In this document: positions 39,088-47,651 of the stretch, piece by piece
How the letters are laid out: every line of letters starts with the position of its first letter
Position numbering within the stretch: the first letter of the stretch is position 1
Assembly: GCA_050251055.1 (NCBI GenBank)
Contig: JBFWNL010000001.1
Span: 459,825 to 523,824 of the forward strand
Direction: 5' to 3'
DNA from: Bacteriovoracia bacterium
Lineage (GTDB): Bacteria > Bdellovibrionota > UBA1018 > JBFWNL01
Length of the DNA: 64,000 bases
Notes under the pieces: generated by a model
Database searches by the model: none
Seen by the model: only the letters and a program-made list of their open reading frames with translations
Told to the model about the DNA's origin: nothing
Translations under genes and position numbers: made by a program

Positions 39088-40247
39088 TCGACGGCCTTCC
39101 AAAATTCGCCCAGGATCTCGTCCTTCTCCACCCGATCACTGATCTTTTGCACCTTACCCGCCAGCAGCCCGATTTCGTCATTTCTCCGCATGGAAGTAGG
39201 GGAAAAACGCCCGTCGAATTTGCCTCGTTCAAGCCCGTCGAGTTTGTCGGCGATCTCCTGAAAGGGTCGGGACAGCTTCTTTCCAATCCACGCCGTCACC
39301 GCCAAGTGGACCAGCAAACCCACCGAGAAAATCAGCACGAGCACCTTGTACCAGGAGCTTACGCGTTCCTCGATCCGCGCCGTGCTCGCTCCCAACACGA
39401 TCAGCAGGTTCAAGCTCGGCACCGCCTCGGCGACCAAGAGATAGGGAATCCCACCGCGGACTCTGGCCTTGACGGTGGGCGGGCTTCCCGCCGCTCCATT
39501 ATAGGCGCCGCCCGGGTAGGCATCCTTCAAGAATCCGGCGACACGGTCAGATAAGATAGGCCTTAGGGCGGGATCGATCTTACCCGATTCGACCACGATC
39601 TGGCCTTTGGGGTCGGTCACCAAGATGAAATTATCTTCGCCGAGCTTTAATCCCTCGATCCATTTATTCAATCCCTTCACCTTAGGAAAAACGGCGCCAC
39701 TAACCAGCCCGATGGGCTGAGCGTGCGGACGTTTCGGATCCCGGATCGGCACCAGATAAGTTTGATAGATCTCCCCGAGCGAAGTGACGAAAGCCGTGCT
39801 TGCGGCGCGCTCGTTGTTCTGCAAAACACGTTTGGCAAGCTGGATGTATTCCTTGTCGTACTTCTGGTTGAAGTTCGGCTCGATGTTGTACGGTGGGAAA
39901 AGCGCCCGCTTCTTGGCGAACGCCAAGCGGCCATCGGCGTAATAAGCGTGGATGGTGCTGAAGATATTATCGTACTGCAGGAAGTTTTCGGCCAAGGCGG
40001 CCGCCTTCGCGGGCTCGAACGGCTGAAAGCCAGGCAACTCGGCAATCTTATCCAGCGCGAGCAACTGCTCCTGGAAGGAAGTCTCCACCTGGTGGCCCAC
40101 CGAGTGGATCAGGTGCTCGTAATCGTCTTGGGCGAACTGCTCGAGTGCTTTCTTGCTCAGAAAAAAGGTTACGCCAGCCACCGAGCTGAGCCCCACCACC
40201 CAGACCACCGAGATATAACGAAACAAAATCCCCCGGATCGACCTCAT
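39084..40247 (-). CDS. Membrane sensor: TM-dCache-TM-HAMP with no output domain
   Basis: Two TM segments flank a periplasmic Cache-like region (YLVPIRD...IGLVSG, FILVTDPKGQIV); HAMP RPFQEI...RNDEIGLLA ends about 10 aa before the stop. Confidence 0.8.
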   Translation of the reverse strand: MRSIRGILFRYISVVWVVGLSSVAGVTFFLSKKALEQFAQDDYEHLIHSVGHQVETSFQEQLLALDKIAELPGFQPFEPAKAAALAENFLQYDNIFSTIHAYYADGRLAFAKKRALFPPYNIEPNFNQKYDKEYIQLAKRVLQNNERAASTAFVTSLGEIYQTYLVPIRDPKRPHAQPIGLVSGAVFPKVKGLNKWIEGLKLGEDNFILVTDPKGQIVVESGKIDPALRPILSDRVAGFLKDAYPGGAYNGAAGSPPTVKARVRGGIPYLLVAEAVPSLNLLIVLGASTARIEERVSSWYKVLVLIFSVGLLVHLAVTAWIGKKLSRPFQEIADKLDGLERGKFDGRFSPTSMRRNDEIGLLAGKVQKISDRVEKDEILGEFWKAVE

Positions 40248-40260
40248 GCCTTCCCCCTGA

Positions 40261-41007
40261 TCACCACCGAATTACGTAAAACCCCGCAATCGGACGCGCT
40301 GGATGGTCACTGCAGACCGTGTCCGCCAGCACGTGCATCGCCCCGGGCAGCTCATCGTAAAACATCACCAGGTTGCGGGGCTCGTTCTCGAACGAGGCGA
40401 TCACCTCGCCCCGCCGTCGCAGATCGCCCACGACTTCGTGTTTATGGGAGATGTCCCCATGCTTTTGGGTTGGTTTTAGATGAAGCTCGGTTCCCTCGCC
40501 CAACGGGAATCCGTCGCGCAGTAAATTCGCGCGGGTGCCGTGGGTCATCCCGGGAGCATCGCGTCCCGTCAGATACACGATATGAATTCCAGCCCCATGC
40601 AATGCACGCACGAACTCCACGGTTCCCGGATACGGCCGATCATGAGGAAGAAACGCGTCGGAAAAGAAGTGATCCCCCCAATAGCGGCGGAACTCGTGGT
40701 AAGCCTCGCTGTCGTCCGGCAGATCCAAGGCGGCGAACAGGTCCCGCACCGAGTACCCCAGGTGCTTGATCTCGGCCGGTTCAAGACGCTGACGGGTCTC
40801 ATGATGACGGCCAGAGGCGGGCTCCGTCAACCAAGCTTTCAACACCGCGAGGGTGCGGGGCTGGACTTCGTACAAAGTGGAGTCCAAGTCGAAGATCACG
40901 ATGGGCTTCGCGACCGCGCGCGCGCGACGGAGAATCTCCTCACGCAAGGCCGAGACGTCCATTTCACGATGAGCGGAAGCTTTCAGCCAGTCCGTGCGTA
41001 CGAGCAT
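40261..41007 (-). CDS. HAD-superfamily hydrolase/phosphatase
   Basis: IFDLDSTL (motif I), YLTGR (II), HK (III), SFENEP (IV variant). Confidence 0.85.
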   Translation of the reverse strand: MLVRTDWLKASAHREMDVSALREEILRRARAVAKPIVIFDLDSTLYEVQPRTLAVLKAWLTEPASGRHHETRQRLEPAEIKHLGYSVRDLFAALDLPDDSEAYHEFRRYWGDHFFSDAFLPHDRPYPGTVEFVRALHGAGIHIVYLTGRDAPGMTHGTRANLLRDGFPLGEGTELHLKPTQKHGDISHKHEVVGDLRRRGEVIASFENEPRNLVMFYDELPGAMHVLADTVCSDHPARPIAGFYVIRW

Positions 41008-41396
41008 TATTTTTCGAGTACGACGAGCTGTCCACCGATGTGGGCGGGATGCATGTGGCAGTCGATCCCGTAGACGCCGGTTTTGTCCGCCTTGAAACGG
41101 ATCTCCTTGCCCTTGGTATCAACGATTTCCTCAACCTTGAAGGCCCCGATCTTCAGCCCGTGCACGCTGTTGTCGCCCGGTACCTTGCTTTCGGCCTGGA
41201 TCTTCACCTGGTCGCCCTTTTTGACGACGATGACGGAGGGCAGCCAAAACTTAACTCCATCCACCTCGACGGCGCGTAGACGAAACGCGCGCTCCTCGGC
41301 CCGCGCCACGCCCGCCGCCAATACCACTAGCGACGCCAGCCCTAATGCCAAAGCCCCGCGCTTAAAACCGCCCTTCCCGTTCCATGAAGTCCGCAT
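41007..41396 (-). CDS. Exported cupredoxin (nitrosocyanin-like)
   Basis: Signal peptide; PSVIVVKKGDQVKI, HGLKI, FKADKTG and CHMHPAH copper loop; strong AGGAGG SD. Confidence 0.85.
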   Translation of the reverse strand: MRTSWNGKGGFKRGALALGLASLVVLAAGVARAEERAFRLRAVEVDGVKFWLPSVIVVKKGDQVKIQAESKVPGDNSVHGLKIGAFKVEEIVDTKGKEIRFKADKTGVYGIDCHMHPAHIGGQLVVLEK

Positions 41397-41420
41397 AATG
41401 ATCTCCTCCTTGGCCCGCGC

Positions 41421-43103
41421 TCAGTGCACGAGCTTCTTGTACTTGATACGATGCGGTTCCATCGCGTGCTCACCCAGCCGCCGCTTCTTATCGGCCTCGT
41501 ACTCGTGGAACCCGCCCTCGATGAGCACGACTTTGCTATCGCCTTCGAACGCCATGATATGCGTGCAGACGCGATCTAAAAACCAGCGATCGTGGCTGAT
41601 CACGAGCGCGCAGCCCGTGTAACTCGCGAGCGCTTCCTCGAGCGCGCGCAAAGTGTTCACATCCAAATCATTGGACGGTTCGTCCAGTAAGAGCACGTTC
41701 GCCCCGGTCTTGAGGATCTTCGCCAGGTGCACGCGATTACGCTCTCCGCCGGAAAGGATGCCGACCTTCTTCTGCTGATCCGAACCCGCGAAATTAAAGC
41801 GCGCGCAATAGGCCCGAGACGAAACGTCACGGTTGCCGATCGTGATCACTTCGTTCTTGCCACCGGAAATTTCTTCCCAAACCGTCAGGTCGGGATTCAA
41901 AGCGTCGCGCGATTGATCGATGTAGGCCATTTTCACCGTATCGCCGATCCGGATCGTGCCGCGATCGGGCTTCTCTTGGCCGGTGAGCATGCGGAAGAGC
42001 GTTGTCTTACCCGCGCCGTTAGGTCCAATGATACCCACGATACTGCCCGGAGGAATATTGAATGAAAGATCGTCGATCAGAAGCTTGTCGCCAAAAGCCT
42101 TCGAAATACCATTGGCTTCGATCACGAGGTTCCCCAGGCGTGGGCCACCGGGGATGTAAATTTCCATTTCTTCGAGTTTTTCCGGCCGATCCTCCGCCAC
42201 CAGACGCTCGTACGCGGCCACGCGGGCCTTGCTCTTGGCTTGGCGGGCTTTCGGGTTCATGCGCACCCACTCCAGCTCGCGTTCCAAAGTTTTCTGTCGC
42301 TTCGTCTCCGCCTGCTCTTCTTGCTTCAAGCGATCATGCTTCTGCTCGAGCCAAGAGGAATAATTTCCCTTCCACGGAATGCCGTGGCCACGGTCGAGCT
42401 CCAGGATCCAGCCCGCGATGTTGTCGAGGAAGTAGCGGTCGTGGGTGACGGAAATCACGGTGCCCGGGTAATCCTTTAGAAAGCGCTCCAGCCAGTAAAC
42501 GGATTCGGCGTCCAAGTGGTTGGTAGGCTCGTCCAGCAGCAAAACATCGGGCTTTTGCAGGAGCAAGCGGCACAAGGCCACCCGGCGCTTTTCCCCACCG
42601 GAGAGCTTCGTCACGTCGGCGTCCGAAGGCGGTAAACGGAGCGCATCCATCGCGATCTCGAGCGTCCGATCGAGCTCCCATCCATTCAAGTGCTCGATCT
42701 TCTCCTGCACCGTGGCCTGTTCCTCGAGCAGCTTTTCCATTTTGTCGGGATCCAGGTTTGGATCCGCAAAAGCCTCCGAAATTTCCTGGAAGCGGCGGAG
42801 CATGGTCACTACTTCGCCCATGCCATCCATGACGTTTTCTTTCACGGTCTTCTTGGGATCGAGATGCGGCTCTTGCTGCAGGTATCCAAAGGTCACGCCC
42901 TGACTCGCAATGACCTCGCCGTTAATGTTCTTTTCCTCGCCCGCGATGATCTTCATCAGCGTCGACTTACCCGCGCCGTTTAGCCCCAGGACGCCGATCT
43001 TGGCGCCGTAGTAAAACGACAGGTACATGTCGCGAACGACCTTCTTATTGGGCGGAAAGATCTTGCTCACGCCCACCATGGAAAAGATGATTTTTTCAGA
43101 CAT
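41421..43103 (-). CDS. ettA: Energy-dependent translational throttle ABC-F protein EttA
   Basis: YGAKIGVLGLNGAGKSTL, LSGGEKRRVALCRLLL, GIPWKGNYSSWLEQK, LSGGERNR, PHRIKYKKL. Confidence 0.96.
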   Translation of the reverse strand: MSEKIIFSMVGVSKIFPPNKKVVRDMYLSFYYGAKIGVLGLNGAGKSTLMKIIAGEEKNINGEVIASQGVTFGYLQQEPHLDPKKTVKENVMDGMGEVVTMLRRFQEISEAFADPNLDPDKMEKLLEEQATVQEKIEHLNGWELDRTLEIAMDALRLPPSDADVTKLSGGEKRRVALCRLLLQKPDVLLLDEPTNHLDAESVYWLERFLKDYPGTVISVTHDRYFLDNIAGWILELDRGHGIPWKGNYSSWLEQKHDRLKQEEQAETKRQKTLERELEWVRMNPKARQAKSKARVAAYERLVAEDRPEKLEEMEIYIPGGPRLGNLVIEANGISKAFGDKLLIDDLSFNIPPGSIVGIIGPNGAGKTTLFRMLTGQEKPDRGTIRIGDTVKMAYIDQSRDALNPDLTVWEEISGGKNEVITIGNRDVSSRAYCARFNFAGSDQQKKVGILSGGERNRVHLAKILKTGANVLLLDEPSNDLDVNTLRALEEALASYTGCALVISHDRWFLDRVCTHIMAFEGDSKVVLIEGGFHEYEADKKRRLGEHAMEPHRIKYKKLVH

Positions 43104-43208
43104 TCCCGGGTTATCGCATGCGGGCGGGCGGCGGATCAAACGCAAACTAGGCCGGCCCGGACGGTCGAAAGTGACACAGAGAGCCCTCTAAATACCGGAT
43201 CATTAAAC

Positions 43209-43236
43209 TCAATTTTTATCTCCATTCGACCGATAG
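43209..43236 (+). promoter_or_regulatory. Putative sigma28 promoter TCAA-N16-ACCGATAG
   Basis: TCAATTTTTATCTCCATTCGACCGATAG upstream of the AAGGAG SD of the 43263 gene. Confidence 0.4.
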
Positions 43237-43262
43237 GCCCTGGGTAAGGAGAACGTCCACGC

Positions 43263-43877
43263 ATGTCGAAGTCGGTATTCCGTTTTGGGGCCCTCACTCT
43301 CATGGTCACTGCTTTCATCTTGGCGAGATCGGCGGCGGCCGCTCCTCCCGCCGAGAAGGACGCCGACCCTGATGCCAAGTACGATCGCATGGACGGCCGC
43401 GGAGAAAGCGGCAAGCGCGTGGACGTGGTCGAATGGGAGGGGAACCTAGAGATTCACGTCTATCCGGCCGGTAGCCTTTCGGGGCTTGCGCTAAAACTCG
43501 AAAAGACCAAAGACAAAGCCGTCATGGTGATCGGTTATCGCTTCAACAATGCGCCCCAGAAGCAGCTCATCCGCCGCGCGATCTTAGGCGTTCCCTTCGC
43601 CGAAGGCTTCAAGGTTTACCGCGACAAGTCGGTCGATGAATACGATAAGATTATCATTTCCAATAATGCGCTATCGGGCGATGTGGTCGCGTTCAAACTC
43701 GACGCCGAGCCCAAGCAGCTCTACCCGGATGGCCATCCCGCCAACGGCGTGGCGGCAACCGAGGCGCAGGCGCGCAAGCCCGCGCAAAACAAAGCGGCCG
43801 CCGAGACCATCACCGATGACGATCTCAAGGGGAATCACCTAAAGGAGAAGGGCGCCGTCAAGTCGTTCGAGTGGTAG
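43263..43877 (+). CDS. Secreted hypothetical protein
   Basis: Signal peptide, AAGGAG SD, coherent coding bias; no family recognised. Confidence 0.75.
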   Translation: MSKSVFRFGALTLMVTAFILARSAAAAPPAEKDADPDAKYDRMDGRGESGKRVDVVEWEGNLEIHVYPAGSLSGLALKLEKTKDKAVMVIGYRFNNAPQKQLIRRAILGVPFAEGFKVYRDKSVDEYDKIIISNNALSGDVVAFKLDAEPKQLYPDGHPANGVAATEAQARKPAQNKAAAETITDDDLKGNHLKEKGAVKSFEW

Positions 43878-46581
43878 CGAGCCGCCCCCGGCCGCAAAGA
43901 TCGTAGTACGAACAATGATCGCACTCCGTCCGGTCCTTGGGATGGGGGGTAAACCGTCCCGCCAGATAAGCCCGCGTCTCTTCCTGAATGGCCGCCCGAA
44001 ACTCCTGCCAAACCTGATCCGGCAGCCGATCCTCCGGCATCAAACTCTTCGAGCGTCGCGTGAGATCCGTCAGGGAACCCTCCGACTTTCCATTCCATTT
44101 CGAAAAGAACACCCCGCGCCCCCGAGCGCCCGTTCGATCCAGCTGCACGAACTGCACGCCCAGCGGCGCATGCCCCAGCTTCTCCTGCGCGGCGAGCGCG
44201 TAGGCGGGAAGCTGCAACCGGTAACGGTCTTGCAGCATGCGCTCCCCCGTCGGAACGGCCGACGAGGTCTTGTAGTCGATGATCAATACACCATCGCGGT
44301 GCGCGTCCACTCGGTCGGGCACTCCGTAGATCTGCGCCTCCGGCAGATTCAGCGTCAACGCCCCGCCGATGGCCCGCTCCACGGATAGGATCTCGGTCTT
44401 GGCGCGCAGCCAATAGCGTTTCTCCTCCTCCGTGAACAGATGAAGCACCTTCAAATACCGGGCGTGCGCGTAACCGCGCAATCGACGCCCATCCAGCATC
44501 CCTTGCGGGCGCGTGTGCTCCCAGGCCCTTTCCAGCGCCGCCTCAACCGAGACAGAAAATTCTCCGTCGGGTTGACGGCTTAGCAGCAAGAGCTCAACCG
44601 CTTTATGCAAAAGCCTGCCCTTATACTCTGGCCATGGCTCGATCATGGGCTCGCGTCGATCACCGAGCCGCCAGCGATACGAGCCCAACGCCTGGAAGGC
44701 GCACCGGCTGTAACGGTCGAGCTCGGAAGCCCGAATACGCGGAAGCCCTGACGACGACACGGCGACTTCCGGCAAGGAAACCTCCTGTGGCTGCAGCTGA
44801 GAGGGAGAGCGAAAGCTCGCCTGCCACCGCGAGTGGGCTCCTTGGATTTCGGGGGAAGCGAGCGCGCACCCTAACTCCGTCCAGACCACCGCCGCGGACT
44901 CCAGCTCCGCGCCATCCCAATCGTATTGGGACTCTAAAATCGTTACCTTCGCAACCCGCCCTAGCCAGGCCTGAATACTCGCTTTTTTCTCTTTCACGAC
45001 ATGCAGCGGCGATCGAATGCCAAACTCTTGCGCCAGGCTCTCTCGCTCACGGGCCGAAAACCAATAGTCCCCCGCGTCCGCGCTCGCACCGGCCTGCGCG
45101 GGGTCGAGCCATTGCGCGGGCAAGCCCAGGCAGAAAAGCTCTTCTCCCTCCTCCACGGAAGGCAGTGGAATGGGAGCCTGCCCCAAACGATGCAACACGA
45201 CCCCGCGACGCGGACGAAGCGGCGGCACGGGCGGGGGCATCTGCTCCAGGTTCTCCCCCAATCTCTCCTGCCAGTGACGGGCGGGCGCTCGCTGACTGCC
45301 CAAACCCAGAAGCTCCTGGTCCGCCAGCACCTGGCCCCAGGCCTGCTCGAGCACGCGCGGCACCCAAAGGGGCAGTTCCGCCCGCAACGATTTCAGCTCC
45401 TGTAAATGCGCGAGCGCCATTTCCGTGGCGGTGAGCTTGCCTCCCAAACGAGTCTTCAAGCCGGAAAACTCCTCGTGGACGAGCACGAGGTTCCCTCCCC
45501 GATAGCGGTTCAAGCCCTGGCGAATTCCCCGGCTGAGAATTTCCTGGATCCAAGCTCCACACTCGGGATGCTCACTGCGGGCCCGCCGCAGCCATGAAAT
45601 CGCCTCGGCCCGCGGAAAATCCTCGGCCACGAGCCGCAGGGGTTGAAGCGCGAGCTTCAACGCTTCCGAGTACCGAAGTAGAGTGGGATCGCGGGGGTTT
45701 TCGAGCGGCAAGCCTCGCTGCGCGAACGCCCGGGCCACCGAGCGCCGGTAGGCCGGGTCATCCGGAATCAGCACGGTGGCGCGCTCCCAACGCCCGACTC
45801 CGCCTACCTCCATGGCCAGCTGGTCGGCCAACGCATCGGCGGCGTCATCCGGCGTGTGCCACTGCTGCCAGTCCCACCGAGGCCCCGCGGCGGGATCGGC
45901 GGGGGCGCTCACCGGCGCCCGATACTCCGCCACTTCCACGTGGTGCGCGAGCTCTTCCCGAAACGCGGCCTGCACCGGATGGAGATCTTGCACGGAGAGA
46001 AAAACAATCCTATCTGGCGGCGAAGCGCCCACGCCCAGGCTCGACGGAAGCCCCTCGCGCAGACGTTGGGTCGCCTCCCGCAAAAGGCGGGGCATATCCC
46101 ATTGCCCGCTTTCGGCGAGCCAGGCATCCCAGGCGCGTGAAAGGACCCGGATCTCCTCGCGCACGGGATTCTTACCGAAGCGCTCGTCCAAACGTTGATG
46201 CAACACGGCCTCTTCCTGCTCGTGAGCGAACGAAAGCCTTCCGGAATGGAGCGAGCGATCGAGTTTGCGAAAAAACGAACGCTGGCGCCGGAGTCGCTTC
46301 AGTTCCGGAAAGTAGCGCCCCACGCCGGGCTTGGCGAGGAGCTGCTTGAGCACCCGTTGGCGGGAAACGGGGCCCAACGTGCGCCCACCCGCCACCTCGG
46401 GCAGGCAGCGCAGGGCGAGCTCCTCCCAGGAAAGCACCGCGTGCGAGGCCATCGCCGCGCCCTGACGGAAAAAATACGCCTTCACTTCCTCGCGTGAAAT
46501 CCCCGCTCCGAGACAGAGCCAAACCCGGGGACTTAACCCCTGCACGTCGGTCAGGCGAATCTCAGAAACCGTTTTCGTCAT
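43858..46581 (-). CDS. AddB/RexB-like PD-(D/E)XK nuclease subunit
   Basis: Degenerate helicase-like N-terminus; SELDRYSRCAF, GRLLH, GVPDRVD, IIDYKT, QLPAY, CDHCSYYDLC (4 Cys Fe-S staple). Confidence 0.82.
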   Translation of the reverse strand: MTKTVSEIRLTDVQGLSPRVWLCLGAGISREEVKAYFFRQGAAMASHAVLSWEELALRCLPEVAGGRTLGPVSRQRVLKQLLAKPGVGRYFPELKRLRRQRSFFRKLDRSLHSGRLSFAHEQEEAVLHQRLDERFGKNPVREEIRVLSRAWDAWLAESGQWDMPRLLREATQRLREGLPSSLGVGASPPDRIVFLSVQDLHPVQAAFREELAHHVEVAEYRAPVSAPADPAAGPRWDWQQWHTPDDAADALADQLAMEVGGVGRWERATVLIPDDPAYRRSVARAFAQRGLPLENPRDPTLLRYSEALKLALQPLRLVAEDFPRAEAISWLRRARSEHPECGAWIQEILSRGIRQGLNRYRGGNLVLVHEEFSGLKTRLGGKLTATEMALAHLQELKSLRAELPLWVPRVLEQAWGQVLADQELLGLGSQRAPARHWQERLGENLEQMPPPVPPLRPRRGVVLHRLGQAPIPLPSVEEGEELFCLGLPAQWLDPAQAGASADAGDYWFSARERESLAQEFGIRSPLHVVKEKKASIQAWLGRVAKVTILESQYDWDGAELESAAVVWTELGCALASPEIQGAHSRWQASFRSPSQLQPQEVSLPEVAVSSSGLPRIRASELDRYSRCAFQALGSYRWRLGDRREPMIEPWPEYKGRLLHKAVELLLLSRQPDGEFSVSVEAALERAWEHTRPQGMLDGRRLRGYAHARYLKVLHLFTEEEKRYWLRAKTEILSVERAIGGALTLNLPEAQIYGVPDRVDAHRDGVLIIDYKTSSAVPTGERMLQDRYRLQLPAYALAAQEKLGHAPLGVQFVQLDRTGARGRGVFFSKWNGKSEGSLTDLTRRSKSLMPEDRLPDQVWQEFRAAIQEETRAYLAGRFTPHPKDRTECDHCSYYDLCGRGRLATTRTT

Positions 46582-46602
46582 TTTTTAAGTCTAAGCGCTC
46601 CG

Positions 46603-47649
46603 TCAATACTTCAGGCTCACCGGCTCGTCTTCGATTCCGGAGCCACCCCAAGGATAGACATGAACTTCACAACCTTGCTTCGCGCGCGGCTTCACCACCT
46701 GGCCCAATTCCCAAGCGCTCTCGCCGGAGTTGCGGATGGCCTTCAGCACCGTGGAAGCGGAAGCCTTCGGCACCGCCGCCACCATGCCGATCCCGAGGTT
46801 GAAAGTCTTCGCCAGCTCATCAAATCCCAGGCCGCTCGCTTCGCGTGCCCAGGCCACCACGCGCGGAACTTCCGAAAGATGCGGCAGGTGAATCTCGTAG
46901 CTGACCCGGCTCGAAATCCGGGGGACATTCAAGAAAGCCGATCCCGTGATATGAGCCAGCCCTTTGAACGCGCGCTTCTTCAGCAGCGGCGCCAGCGCTT
47001 TCACGTAAATTTTCGTCGGGGTGAGCAGCTCGCGAGCCAGCGTCTCGGATTCCCCGCCCGCAGGGAGCAGCTTACGCAAAAGACTGAATCCGTTGCTGTG
47101 CATCCCGCTCGAACCCACGCCGAGTAGGATGTCCCCCGGGCGCACGTCGCGGCGAGGCAGGACCCGCGGGTTCTCGACTACGCCCACGGCGAAGCCTGCT
47201 AGATCATACTCTCCCTCACGGTAGATATCGGGCATCTGGGCGGTCTCGCCGCCGACCAAGGCGCACTTGGCCTGGGCGCAGCCGGCCACCACGCCCTTCA
47301 GCACGGATTCGACGACGCCGGGCTCGAGTTTCCCGATGGCGATGTAATCCAGAAAGAACAGCGGCTCGGCGCCCACACAGAGCAGATCGTTCACAGACAT
47401 CGCGACTAAATCGATTCCGACCGTGTCGTGCTGGCCCAACTGAAACGCCAGCTTCAGCTTCGTTCCCACTCCGTCGGTCGAAGCGGCTAGACAGCGCCGC
47501 TTATCGAGCGCAAAAAGAGACGCGTACCCGCCCACGGCACTCTTGACCTTACCGGAATGGGTCAATCTGGAAAGCGCGGCGATCTTCTCGACCATCTGGT
47601 CGGCCGCGTCCCGGTTCACTCCCGCCTTTGCGTAATCTAAAGTCGCCAT
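46603..47649 (-). CDS. purM: Phosphoribosylaminoimidazole synthetase
   Basis: YAKAGV, STDGVGTKL, IDLVAMSVND, GGETAQMP, SSGMHSNGFSL, TFNLGIG. Confidence 0.97.
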   Translation of the reverse strand: MATLDYAKAGVNRDAADQMVEKIAALSRLTHSGKVKSAVGGYASLFALDKRRCLAASTDGVGTKLKLAFQLGQHDTVGIDLVAMSVNDLLCVGAEPLFFLDYIAIGKLEPGVVESVLKGVVAGCAQAKCALVGGETAQMPDIYREGEYDLAGFAVGVVENPRVLPRRDVRPGDILLGVGSSGMHSNGFSLLRKLLPAGGESETLARELLTPTKIYVKALAPLLKKRAFKGLAHITGSAFLNVPRISSRVSYEIHLPHLSEVPRVVAWAREASGLGFDELAKTFNLGIGMVAAVPKASASTVLKAIRNSGESAWELGQVVKPRAKQGCEVHVYPWGGSGIEDEPVSLKY

Positions 47650-47651
47650 AA

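Noticed and set aside
39050-39150. Possible frameshifted histidine kinase or MCP after the HAMP domain
   Set aside because: No H-box, GGDEF or MCP-like sequence was seen in the other frames, and the next ORF begins directly with TM helices through a clean GTGA overlap.
43858-46581. Cas4 / CRISPR interpretation of the Fe-S PD-(D/E)XK nuclease
   Set aside because: The 907-aa length and helicase-like N-terminus fit AddB, and I saw no cas genes or repeat-spacer array in the window.
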